Below, one piece after another: positions 50,013 through 58,803 of a stretch of 64,000 nucleotides of DNA (position 1 is its first letter; every line of letters starts with the position of its first letter). The stretch is from Candidatus Eiseniibacteriota bacterium. GTDB taxonomy: Bacteria > Eisenbacteria > RBG-16-71-46 > CAZAMP01. Where the stretch lies: the NCBI GenBank assembly GCA_965224245.1, contig OZ245046.1, forward strand, positions 4,832,001 through 4,896,000, read 5' to 3'. The position numbers and the translations under genes are program-made. The notes beneath the pieces were generated by a model. It searched no databases, was not told the origin of the DNA, and was given only the letters and a program-made list of their open reading frames with translations.

Positions 50013-50849
50013 ATGTCATCGACCGGATCGTCCACGAACCACCGGCTGGCCGTTCTCGGAGGGGGCAACATCGGCGGCGCGATCGCCAGGGGCCTCGTGC
50101 GGTCGGGCTGGCTGCCGGCGAGCGCCATCACGCTGACCCGGCGCCACGCCGACTCGCTGGCGCCCCTGGCCAGCGAGGGGTTCGGCACGACCGCCGACAA
50201 CCCGGCCGCCGTCTCGGCGGCCGATCTGGTGATCCTGGCGGTCGCGCCGGGGCACCTCGACGGGCTCCTGGACGAGATCGCGCCCGCGGTGGACGCTTCC
50301 CGGCACACCCTCGCGTCGGTGGTGTCGGGGGTCTCGTGCGACCACATCCGCGACCGGCTCCGCCTGGATCCGGCGCCCCCGATCATCCGCGCGATGCCCA
50401 ACACGGCCGCCGCGCTGGCCCAGTCGATGACGTGCCTGGCCGGATCGGACCTGGCGGGTCCGGGCGGCGAGGCCGCGACCGCCCTGTTCGGGGCAATCGG
50501 GCTGACGCTGATCGTGGACGAGGAGCAGATGGCCTCGGCCACGGCGCTCGGGGCCTGCGGGGTCGCGTTCTTCCTCCGCGCCATTCGCGCGGCGTCGCAG
50601 GGGGGGATCGAGATCGGCTTCCACGCGCCGGAGGCGATCATGATCGCCGCCCAGACGGCGCTCGGCGCGGCGTCGTTACTCCTTTCGGGACAAGCACATC
50701 CGGAGCGCGCCATCGATCACGTCACGACTCCCCGGGGCTGCACGATCGCCGGCCTCAACGAGATGGAGCACCGGGGATTCAGCTCGGCGATGATCAAGGG
50801 GATCGTCACGTCGGCCACCAAGGCGGGACATCTTTATACGAACGGTTAG
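50013..50849 (+). CDS. proC: Pyrroline-5-carboxylate reductase
   Basis: LGGGNIG, IRAMPNTA, VTTPRGCTIAGL. Confidence 0.93.
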   Translation: MSSTGSSTNHRLAVLGGGNIGGAIARGLVRSGWLPASAITLTRRHADSLAPLASEGFGTTADNPAAVSAADLVILAVAPGHLDGLLDEIAPAVDASRHTLASVVSGVSCDHIRDRLRLDPAPPIIRAMPNTAAALAQSMTCLAGSDLAGPGGEAATALFGAIGLTLIVDEEQMASATALGACGVAFFLRAIRAASQGGIEIGFHAPEAIMIAAQTALGAASLLLSGQAHPERAIDHVTTPRGCTIAGLNEMEHRGFSSAMIKGIVTSATKAGHLYTNG

Positions 50850-51123
50850 GTCTCGGCAGGCCCCGACGGTGAACCCCACGGCGTGACGGTGCGACCCGTC
50901 GAGCTGGCGTTAGTATAGATATCGTTTCAAAAACAAACCAAAACAAACTGCCTCGAGCCCCGATGTCGCGAACGGTTCCGGGCCCCCTTCCGGGCGAGGC
51001 CCCGGCCGCCCGCTCCGGAACCGACGCAACGTTGCCGGGGTGGGCACGTCAGCGGTACAGTTCACGGCCCGCGAACGGGGCCACTCCGCCTCGCCGCACG
51101 ACCGTCGCGAAGGAGCCGCCGAG

Positions 51124-52200
51124 ATGGCGATCGTTGCCGCCTCCCCCGAGGCCACCTACGAGCAGATGAAGGCGAAGCTCCGGGACGTCGTCCCCGACTT
51201 CGAGCTGCGCGAGAAGGCCGAGCTGGCCTTTCGCATCAATCAGCTGAAGGCCGAGCGCGACGCCGTCATCCTCGGGCACAACTACATGGAGCCCGCGCTC
51301 TTTCACTCGGTGCCCGACATCACCGGCGACTCGCTCGAGCTCTGTCGTCGCGCGAAGGCGGCCACCCAGTCGGTGATCGTCTTCTGTGGCGTCGAGTTCA
51401 TGGCCGAGACGGCGAAGATCCTGAACCCCGAGCGCACGGTGCTGATCCCGTCGCAGAAGGCGGGGTGCTCGTTGGCGTCGTCGATCACCGCCGCCGACGT
51501 GCGTGCGCTCCGCGAGCGATACCCGGGCGTGCCGGTCGTCACGTACATCAACACGTACGCCGACGTGAAGGCCGAGTGTGACATCGTGTGCACGTCGGGC
51601 AACGCGGCCGCGGTCGTCGAGTCGCTCGAGAGCGACACGATCATCTTCCTGCCCGACGAGTATCTCGCGGCCAACGTGGCCGACGAGACCGGCCGTCACA
51701 TCATCTACCCGACGAAGGATCCGGTCGCGTCCGCGAAGGTGGAGTCGTCGTCGATCCAGGTCGAGATGATCGGCTGGCACGGGCGCTGCGAGGTACACGA
51801 CAGGTTCACGGTCGAGGACATCGAGAACGTGCGCCGGCAGTTCCCCGACGTGCTGGTCCTCGCGCACCCCGAGTGCAGCCGCGAGGTCGTGGCGGCGTCG
51901 GACTTCTCGGGCTCCACGAGCGCGATGATCGCGCACGTGCGCGAGTCGGACGCGCCGCGCTATCTCCTCCTGACCGAGTGCTCCATGGGAGACAACATCA
52001 TGGCGGAGAACCCCGACAAGGAGATGCTGCGGCTCTGCAGCGTCCGGTGCCCGCACATGAACACGATCACGCTCGAGGACACGCTCGCGGCGCTTCAGCA
52101 CCTGCAGTACGAGGTGCACGTGCCTGCCGACATCCGCGTGCGCGCGCTCCGGGCCGTCGAGCGGATGCTCGAGGTCACCGGCCAGGACGTTCCGGGATAG
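51124..52200 (+). CDS. nadA: Quinolinate synthase
   Basis: ILGHNY, FCGVEFMAETAKILNP, AGCSLA, YINT, CEVH, HPEC, CPHM; AAGGAG RBS. Confidence 0.97.
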   Translation: MAIVAASPEATYEQMKAKLRDVVPDFELREKAELAFRINQLKAERDAVILGHNYMEPALFHSVPDITGDSLELCRRAKAATQSVIVFCGVEFMAETAKILNPERTVLIPSQKAGCSLASSITAADVRALRERYPGVPVVTYINTYADVKAECDIVCTSGNAAAVVESLESDTIIFLPDEYLAANVADETGRHIIYPTKDPVASAKVESSSIQVEMIGWHGRCEVHDRFTVEDIENVRRQFPDVLVLAHPECSREVVAASDFSGSTSAMIAHVRESDAPRYLLLTECSMGDNIMAENPDKEMLRLCSVRCPHMNTITLEDTLAALQHLQYEVHVPADIRVRALRAVERMLEVTGQDVPG

Positions 52201-52216
52201 CCGTCCACGAACGACG

Positions 52217-52270
52217 AGGGCGCCGCGTCACCGCGGCGCCCTGACGACGGTGCGGGGATCGCACCCCGCA
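52217..52270. terminator. Twin hairpins between convergent genes (possible bidirectional terminator)
   Basis: AGGGCGCCGCG-TCAC-CGCGGCGCCCT (52217-52242) and TGCGGGG-N6-CCCCGCA (52251-52270). Confidence 0.5.
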
Positions 52271-52284
52271 GATGAGACCCGAGC

Positions 52285-52989
52285 CTAGTACATCGACTTG
52301 ATCCGCGACCAGCTGGCGCTCTCGACCGGCGTGGAGCCGCCCGTGTACGCGATGCGCAGGTTGTCGGCGCCGACGTTCCACTGCTGGAACGCGGCGAAGA
52401 AGCACGGGTCGATCCACCACATCTCGACGCGATCGACGCTCGTCATGATGTCGAGCCACGTGACGCCGGGGCGGAAGTTCTCGCAGTCACCGGCCCAGCC
52501 GCCCTTCCAGCCGGCCGGCAGCGCGTCGTCCGACTGACTCGGAACGTCGAAGACGTAGCTGACCCAGCCCTCGCCGACGCGCGGCACGTTCGGTCCGACG
52601 AAGTACGCGATGTCGTCGTCGTCGAAGTCCGTCGGCGTGCCGTTCGTGTCGCGGAGCACGAGGGTCATGTTGAAGCCGGACCCGTCGCCGAAGTCGACCG
52701 CATCGGTGCGGGCGTCGAAGGAGATCTCGGTCACCCCCGTCGCGCGGTAGTCGCCCGTGAACGGCGTGGATCCGTCGAAGCTCGACTCCAGCGTCGGCGC
52801 GAACGTGTCGTACGTGCGCTGATGGAGCCACCAGCCGGGGTTGCCGCCGCTCGACTCGAGCGTGTCTCCGCCCCGGATGAATGCCCACGCGGCCTCGTTG
52901 GCGCCGCCCTCGAAGTCGTCGACGAACTCCGCCGCGACGGTAACGCTCGCCGCGCCGGTCAGTGCTGCGGTCAGTAGCCACCACTTCAT
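52285..52989 (-). CDS. Secreted acidic beta-sandwich protein with 'PVESASWSRIKSMY' C-terminal motif
   Basis: AAGGAG RBS, signal peptide MKWWLLTAALTGAASVTVAA, FTGDY...DN motifs, terminal SWxxIKxxY. Confidence 0.8.
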   Translation of the reverse strand: MKWWLLTAALTGAASVTVAAEFVDDFEGGANEAAWAFIRGGDTLESSGGNPGWWLHQRTYDTFAPTLESSFDGSTPFTGDYRATGVTEISFDARTDAVDFGDGSGFNMTLVLRDTNGTPTDFDDDDIAYFVGPNVPRVGEGWVSYVFDVPSQSDDALPAGWKGGWAGDCENFRPGVTWLDIMTSVDRVEMWWIDPCFFAAFQQWNVGADNLRIAYTGGSTPVESASWSRIKSMY

Positions 52990-53051
52990 CTCTCTGCTCC
53001 TTGGGTTCTCGGGTGCATGGGGCCGTCGTGATCCGAACCTGGAACGCCCGG

Positions 53052-53192
53052 AGTATCGACGGCGGACCCCGGCTGTGTCAAGGATGTTTCCAGGAAACAT
53101 CTTAGATTCTTCGGGGCCGCTTGTTCCGTAGGCCGGTCCGGTCTATACTGCCTGGAGCTGGCATCCTCGTCCTGAAGTTCAACTCATTGATA
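53052..53192. promoter_or_regulatory. Divergent sigma-70 promoters, palindromic operator and IHF-like site
   Basis: Leftward TTGACA(53081-53076)-N18-GATACT; operator GATGTTTCC-A-GGAAACATC 53083-53101; rightward TTGTTC(53121)-N17-TATACT(53144); CAACTCATTGATA 53180-53192. Confidence 0.7.
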
Positions 53193-53203
53193 CGGAATGA
53201 AAT

Positions 53204-54442
53204 ATGGAATCGCCTCCCCCGATCGCCGACGCCTCGACGACGGCTCCGGACACCCGGATCGCGACTCTCGGGCGCCGGCTCCAGTCGACGTTCGGCGCGA
53301 TCCTCGACGCCGTCGCCGCGCCGCCCCAGAACCCCCAGCTTCTCGTTCACGCCCTCGGCGTGGACAAGGTCCTGGCGAGTCGCCTCCTCAAGGCGTTGCG
53401 CGCCGACGATCCCCTGGCGGCCGTTCATCACGCACCGGGGCCCGAACCCCTCCGGCGCGTGGCCCGAGCCGCTCGGCGCAGGAGCGTCGACGCGGAGCTC
53501 GTCCGGGGAGCGCTGGCCGCGGTCGACGAGTTCGAGGAGCTCGTTCGCCTGCTCGGAGGCGACCGGGCATCGCTGGCCGCGATCATCAGCGCGTCGCTCC
53601 CCGAGGTGCGTCGCGAGCACGAGCTCCGGAACAAGCAGACCGCTTTCCGCGCCGTCAGTCAGCTGAAGGGCGTGATGGCCGACACGTGCCTGTCGACGGT
53701 GGTTCTGCATCCGGCGGCGGACGGCGAGACGATCGACATCGTCTGGGGCTTCGGGTTCCTCTCGCTGACCCGACTGCGTCCGGGCGTACCGGTCAAGTTC
53801 ACGACGCGGCGCATGGCGGACGTCGCCTCTCCGCGCCGGCCGACGAACCTGGACGGGCATCCGATTCACGACCTGGGCGATGCGCGCCTCGACGCGTTCT
53901 GTCGCGCACCGGCCACGATCCAGGTCTCGCGCGTGGAGGACGTCGTCCACTACACCCTGGGGGATCATGGCTACGGTCCGACGTCCGCCACCGATCTCGT
54001 CATGGTCGAGGTGAACCTGGCCGAGATGCCGCGCTACGTGCCGGCCGAGGAGCCTCGCAAGGGGCACGTCTTCGCCGAGGTCAGCGCCCCCTCCAAGCGC
54101 CTGCTCTTCGACGTGTTCGTCCACGCGGACGTCTACCCGGGTCGTGAGCCCGAGCTCATCCTGTACGACACCGTGCTCGACGGCGTGGCCAACGTGAACG
54201 ATCGCACGCGGGACATCGATCGCCTCGACATGCTCGAGTCCATCGAGCCCCTGGGGCGAGGGCTCGGACGGGCGCAGCACCCGGGGGTGCCGAAGCACGT
54301 CGAGCTTCTCACGCACGTCTTCCGGAAGCTCGAGTGGGATCCGTCGGCGTTCCGGCTGTACCGGTGTCGAATCGACTATCCGATCTACGGCTCCCAGGTC
54401 GCGCTGGCGTTCGATCCCCCGCCGCCGCCCGCTCCGGCCTAG
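53204..54442 (+). CDS. Uncharacterised cytoplasmic protein with N-terminal HTH-like segment (candidate regulator)
   Basis: 412-aa ORF with normal codon bias; 'PQLLVHALGVDKVLASRLLKAL' fits a helix-turn-helix pattern; beta-rich C-terminal half ending YPIYGSQ. Confidence 0.7.
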   Translation: MESPPPIADASTTAPDTRIATLGRRLQSTFGAILDAVAAPPQNPQLLVHALGVDKVLASRLLKALRADDPLAAVHHAPGPEPLRRVARAARRRSVDAELVRGALAAVDEFEELVRLLGGDRASLAAIISASLPEVRREHELRNKQTAFRAVSQLKGVMADTCLSTVVLHPAADGETIDIVWGFGFLSLTRLRPGVPVKFTTRRMADVASPRRPTNLDGHPIHDLGDARLDAFCRAPATIQVSRVEDVVHYTLGDHGYGPTSATDLVMVEVNLAEMPRYVPAEEPRKGHVFAEVSAPSKRLLFDVFVHADVYPGREPELILYDTVLDGVANVNDRTRDIDRLDMLESIEPLGRGLGRAQHPGVPKHVELLTHVFRKLEWDPSAFRLYRCRIDYPIYGSQVALAFDPPPPPAPA

Positions 54443-54620
54443 CACGCCACGGCGCGGAGGGCGGCTCGGTGGCTGGACGCGATGCCACCGCCCGGGCCGC
54501 ACGCGCCCCCGGGGCCGTTCACCTCGAACATCGGCGTCCGGGCGCGGTATCATCGTCGTCTCCGATGGCCGGCTCCACCGGCCACGGAGACGCCCATCCC
54601 ACCGCGGAGGTTTCGACACG

Positions 54621-56105
54621 ATGCTCTTCCGTCTCGTCTACGACGACCACCTCGCCCAGGCCGCGTACCTGATCGGCTGCCAGGTCACCGGCGAGGCGAT
54701 CCTCGTCGATCCCGAGCGGGACGTGGACCGCTACCTCGCGCTCGCCGATCGCGAGGGGCTCCGGGTCACCGCGGTCACCGAGACACACATCCACGCGGAC
54801 TACCTGTCCGGCGCCCGCGAGCTGGCCGAGCGGCTCGACGTGCGCCTCTACCTCTCGGACGAGGGCGGCGACGACTGGCGCTACCGGTGGCCCCACGAGC
54901 CCCGAACGCGCGGGGGCGCCTACGACGTGACCTGGCTTCACGACGGCGACACGTTCCCGGTCGGCAACATCCGCTTCCGGGTCATGCACGTGCCCGGCCA
55001 CACGCCCGAGCACGTCGTCTTCCTGGTGAGCGATCTCGGCGCCGGCGCGCGCGAGCCGATGGGCGTCCTGACCGGCGACTTCGTGTTCGTCGGCTCGCTG
55101 GGACGCCCCGATCTCCTGGAGGCCGCCGCCGGGATCGCACACACCACCGAGCCGGCCGCGCGTGCGCTCGCGCGCTCGAGCACGCGCTTTCTCGAGCTCC
55201 CCGACTATCTGCAGCTCTGGCCCGCGCACGGCGCCGGCAGCGCCTGTGGCAAGGCGCTCGGCGCGGTGCCCCAGAGCACGCTCGGCTACGAACGCCGGTA
55301 CAACGCGGGCCTGTCGCTGGCCACCGACGAGGACGCGTTCGTGCGGTTCATCCTCGAGGGTCAGCCCGATCCACCCCGGTACTTCGGTCGCATGAAGGTG
55401 CAGAACCGCGACGGCGTCCCGCTGCTGGGCGCGCTGCCGTCGCCCCGTGCGATGGCCGCCGACACGCTCGTCGGTGCCGGCGCCACCGGGAGCGTCGATG
55501 CGTCGCGAACGGTGCTCCTCGACACGCGACCCTGGGACGCGTTCTGCGAGCGGCACGTGCCCGGTGCGATCCACGCGCCGTGGGAGTCCGCGTTCTATGC
55601 GATCGCCGGCTCGTACGCCGAGCCGGCCGACGAGATCGTGCTCATCGTCGACGAGGACGACCTCGCCGATGCCGTTCGCGTGCTGGTCCGGATCGGTCTG
55701 GATCGTGTCGTGGGCTACGTGACGCCGTCCGATCTCGACGCGCTCGGGGAGGGCCTCGAGACGTTCGAGGAGGTGGACGCCGACGAGTTCGAGGCACGGG
55801 CGACAGGCGGTGCCTTCGTCCTCGACGTCCGGAATCCCGACGAGTTCGCATCGCGCTCGTTGCCCGGCGCGGCGCGGATCGGGTACACGCGTCTCCTGGA
55901 TCACCTGGCCGAGCTCCCGCGCGATCGCCAGATCCTGGTGCACTGCCAGAGCGGACATCGATCGGCCGCGGCGGTGTCGTTCCTGGTGAAGCACGGATTC
56001 GACGCGGTGCACCTGGCCGGTGGCCTCGATGCCTGGGTCGCCGCGCGCAAGTCGACACGGTCGGCCCCCGACGTCGGCGGATCCGACACGGCCGCCACCG
56101 TCTGA
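54621..56105 (+). CDS. MBL-fold persulfide dioxygenase-rhodanese fusion (CstB/Blh-like)
   Basis: ETHIHADYLSG, PGHTPEH, TGDFVFVG..GRPDL, PAHGAGSACGK, two rhodanese domains (HCQSGHRS). Confidence 0.92.
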   Translation: MLFRLVYDDHLAQAAYLIGCQVTGEAILVDPERDVDRYLALADREGLRVTAVTETHIHADYLSGARELAERLDVRLYLSDEGGDDWRYRWPHEPRTRGGAYDVTWLHDGDTFPVGNIRFRVMHVPGHTPEHVVFLVSDLGAGAREPMGVLTGDFVFVGSLGRPDLLEAAAGIAHTTEPAARALARSSTRFLELPDYLQLWPAHGAGSACGKALGAVPQSTLGYERRYNAGLSLATDEDAFVRFILEGQPDPPRYFGRMKVQNRDGVPLLGALPSPRAMAADTLVGAGATGSVDASRTVLLDTRPWDAFCERHVPGAIHAPWESAFYAIAGSYAEPADEIVLIVDEDDLADAVRVLVRIGLDRVVGYVTPSDLDALGEGLETFEEVDADEFEARATGGAFVLDVRNPDEFASRSLPGAARIGYTRLLDHLAELPRDRQILVHCQSGHRSAAAVSFLVKHGFDAVHLAGGLDAWVAARKSTRSAPDVGGSDTAATV

Positions 56106-56117
56106 ACGAGAGAGACG

Positions 56118-56912
56118 ATGCTGTACCTCGTCGGCGGTGCGCTCGTGGTGGGGCTGAGCCTGGGACTGCTCGGCTCCGGTGGATCGATCCTCACCGTTCC
56201 CGTGCTCGTCTACCTGCTCGATCACGCAGAGAAGATCGCGATCGCCGAGTCGCTCGCCATCGTGGGGGCGATCTCCTTCGCGGGTGCGCTGCCGTTCGTG
56301 GCGAGGCGGCTCGTGAGCTGGCGGAGCGTCCTGTTCTTCGGGGTGCCCGGCATGCTCGGCACGTATGCGGGGGCGTGGGGCTCGAAGCTCGTCAGCGGGA
56401 GCGTGCAGCTCGCCGTGTTCGCCGGCGTCATGCTGACCGCGGCGTGGATGATGGCGCGGCGTCAGCGCGCGCTGGAGGGACGCCGGTCGTCCGGGGATCC
56501 GGGCACGGAGCGCGAGGCCGTGCCGACGCGGCACGTCGGTCGCATCGCGGCCGACGGTCTCGTCGTGGGAATCATCACCGGGCTCGTCGGTGTGGGCGGC
56601 GGGTTCCTGATCGTGCCCGCGCTCGTGGTGCTCGGCGGTCTGCCGATGCACCGCGCGATCGGAACGAGCCTCCTCATCATCGCGCTGAAGTCGTTCACCG
56701 GGTTCGCGAAGTACCTGGGCGTCCTGGACGCACTGGGTCTCGCGGTGGACGCGCACGCCATCCTCTGGTTCTCCGCGATCGGGATCGCCGCCAGCATCCT
56801 GGGCGGCCGCATCGGGGCCCGGCTCCGCCAGGAGCAGCTCCGGCGCGGGTTCGCGGTCGTGCTCGTCGTGATGGCGATCCTGATTCTCGTCAAGGAGGTG
56901 CCGAAGCTCTGA
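56118..56912 (+). CDS. Sulfite exporter TauE/SafE family protein
   Basis: GLLGSGGSILTVP, GLVGVGGGFLIVPAL, AIGTSL; about 8 TM. Confidence 0.93.
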   Translation: MLYLVGGALVVGLSLGLLGSGGSILTVPVLVYLLDHAEKIAIAESLAIVGAISFAGALPFVARRLVSWRSVLFFGVPGMLGTYAGAWGSKLVSGSVQLAVFAGVMLTAAWMMARRQRALEGRRSSGDPGTEREAVPTRHVGRIAADGLVVGIITGLVGVGGGFLIVPALVVLGGLPMHRAIGTSLLIIALKSFTGFAKYLGVLDALGLAVDAHAILWFSAIGIAASILGGRIGARLRQEQLRRGFAVVLVVMAILILVKEVPKL

Positions 56913-56930
56913 GCTGAGCGCCGGCCCCCG

Positions 56931-57524
56931 CTACCGCCAGTGACCTCCGAGCGCCGCCACCTGGCTCGGCTTCAGCCCCATGCCCGCCGCCTGATCGTCG
57001 TAGCCGAACGTGCCCTTGTCGCCCACCACGCTCGTGTTGTTGGAGTTCCGCGGCGAGTAACGACAGCATAGCCAGTAGATCGTCGTGGAGATCACGCCGC
57101 CGGATCCGGCGCCGCCGATGATCTGTGACAGGCGGTACTCCCGGCCGTGCGGGACCCTGAAGCACGGGCCGTTGTTCGGATCGGCGCCGACCCAGTACAG
57201 ACCGGTCGGATAGGTGAAGTTGGGATCGTCATCGGCCGCGCCGCTGGCGACGTAGTTCGGAATCGTCTCGAACTGCTTCTTGACCTCGGTCGCGTACTTC
57301 TGGACCGTCAGCTCGTCGGGCGCCGTGGTGAGGAGCAGGTCCTCGAGCCACGTCGCGCCGCTGGATTGCCGGTCGCCCGCGTCGTCGGTCCACGACTGCC
57401 CTTCGGACAGGATGACCGTGTCGTCGGTGAAGAAGTAGATCTTCACGCCCTTCGGCACCACGTATGTCCCCTTACTCGTACCCGCTCCACGGCCGCCATG
57501 ACAGCTCACGACCAAGCTCGGCAT
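56931..57524 (-). CDS. Stv-like ('putative adhesin') domain protein
   Basis: GAGGAGG RBS; 'LVVSCHG...YVVPKGVKIYFF...IPNY...LSQII...IYWLCCR' matches my recollection of the Stv domain pattern. Confidence 0.6.
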   Translation of the reverse strand: MPSLVVSCHGGRGAGTSKGTYVVPKGVKIYFFTDDTVILSEGQSWTDDAGDRQSSGATWLEDLLLTTAPDELTVQKYATEVKKQFETIPNYVASGAADDDPNFTYPTGLYWVGADPNNGPCFRVPHGREYRLSQIIGGAGSGGVISTTIYWLCCRYSPRNSNNTSVVGDKGTFGYDDQAAGMGLKPSQVAALGGHWR

Positions 57525-57660
57525 TCGATCCTCCTCGGTTGACCCAGAGAGCGACATTCTACGTCGGTGCCGGCGCGAAGAACAGCCGTCGTCGGTGGAC
57601 GTGGACCTCTACCCCCACGGTCGCCGAGCCCGTCGCCAGCGGGACGCTCGGGTCGGCGCG

Positions 57661-58800
57661 TCACTGATAGCGAAACACGCGTGCTCCGAGCACGAGCAGC
57701 AGCACCGCGGCGAGAGCCATCGCCACCACGTGTGGCAGGACCGACAGCGGCCCGTGCCCGAACGCGATCAGCCGGTGCAGCGCGTCCATCGCCCATCCGG
57801 TGGGAAACACGAGCTGGAGCGCCTGCATCCAGCGCGGCGCCACCTCGATCGGCCACCAGCACCCGCCGAGCGCGGCGAACACGTTGGCGGTGATGACGCC
57901 GATCGCCGACGCCTGCGCCGGGCTCCGCGCGATCGATCCCAGGACGAGACCGAGCGCCGCCATCATCCCCGCGTATACGGCCATCAGCACGATCACCATC
58001 GGGAGTGCGCGACCCCAGTCCATGCCGAAGAGGATCGTCCCGGTCAGCATGCCGAACGCGATCTGCACGAAGCCGAGGAGGAGCTTGCCCAGCCACTTCC
58101 CGGCCACCACGTGTCGCCGCGGGATCGGCGCCGACGCCAGCCGTCGAAGGAGTCCCTGCTCCCGCTCGATCACGAGGAGGATCGCGCCGCTGGTGGCCAT
58201 GACGAGGAGGGTGAACATGACGAGGATCCCCGGGATCGCCTGCTGAAACCCCGTCGGGATGATCGGTCGCTCACCGCCCGAGGAGACCTCGAGCGTCAGC
58301 CGTCGGGGCATCTCCGCGAGCGCTCGAAACGCGGCCGGGGTCGGCTCGGCCGCTCGCTCGCTCACCGCGGCGAGATCGGCGAGGACCGTGTAGACGCCGC
58401 GTCGCAGGCGCATCGCGTCGCGATCGGCGGTGAGGCCGGGGTCGCCGATCCTCGACTCCAGCGTCGCGGGGGTCCCCGCGAGAACCGAGTCGGTGAAGCC
58501 GGCGGGCACCCGGAGCCGCCGGACGATGCGCTCGTCGACGGCGCCCGTGTCGCTCCGCACGACGGCGAAGCCAGCCTCGCCGAGACGTCCCGCCAGCTCG
58601 TCGACCAGAAACCCGGCGCCGGGCGCCACGTCGAGCGCGAGCGCCGGCGGTCGCGCCGCGCCGGGTCCCGAGAAGCCCGACGTGGTCGATCCGATGAAGT
58701 AGAAGAACGCGATCGGCATCACGAACACCCACAGGATCGTCGGTCGCGAGCGCAGCATGAAGCGAAGATCGTTCCTCGCGAGATACACGACGTCGCGCAC
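57661..58800 (-). CDS. ABC-2 type exporter permease
   Basis: EREQGLLRRLASAP, AGKWLG, LGGCWWPIE..PRWMQ, PTGWA. Confidence 0.9.
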   Translation of the reverse strand: MRDVVYLARNDLRFMLRSRPTILWVFVMPIAFFYFIGSTTSGFSGPGAARPPALALDVAPGAGFLVDELAGRLGEAGFAVVRSDTGAVDERIVRRLRVPAGFTDSVLAGTPATLESRIGDPGLTADRDAMRLRRGVYTVLADLAAVSERAAEPTPAAFRALAEMPRRLTLEVSSGGERPIIPTGFQQAIPGILVMFTLLVMATSGAILLVIEREQGLLRRLASAPIPRRHVVAGKWLGKLLLGFVQIAFGMLTGTILFGMDWGRALPMVIVLMAVYAGMMAALGLVLGSIARSPAQASAIGVITANVFAALGGCWWPIEVAPRWMQALQLVFPTGWAMDALHRLIAFGHGPLSVLPHVVAMALAAVLLLVLGARVFRYQ

Positions 58801-58803
58801 GGC

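Noticed and set aside
53083-53101. Palindrome as a parS site
   Set aside because: Shares TGTTTC/GAAACA ends but has an odd-length centre (CAG) rather than the 16-bp CACGTG-centred parS; its position between promoters fits an operator better
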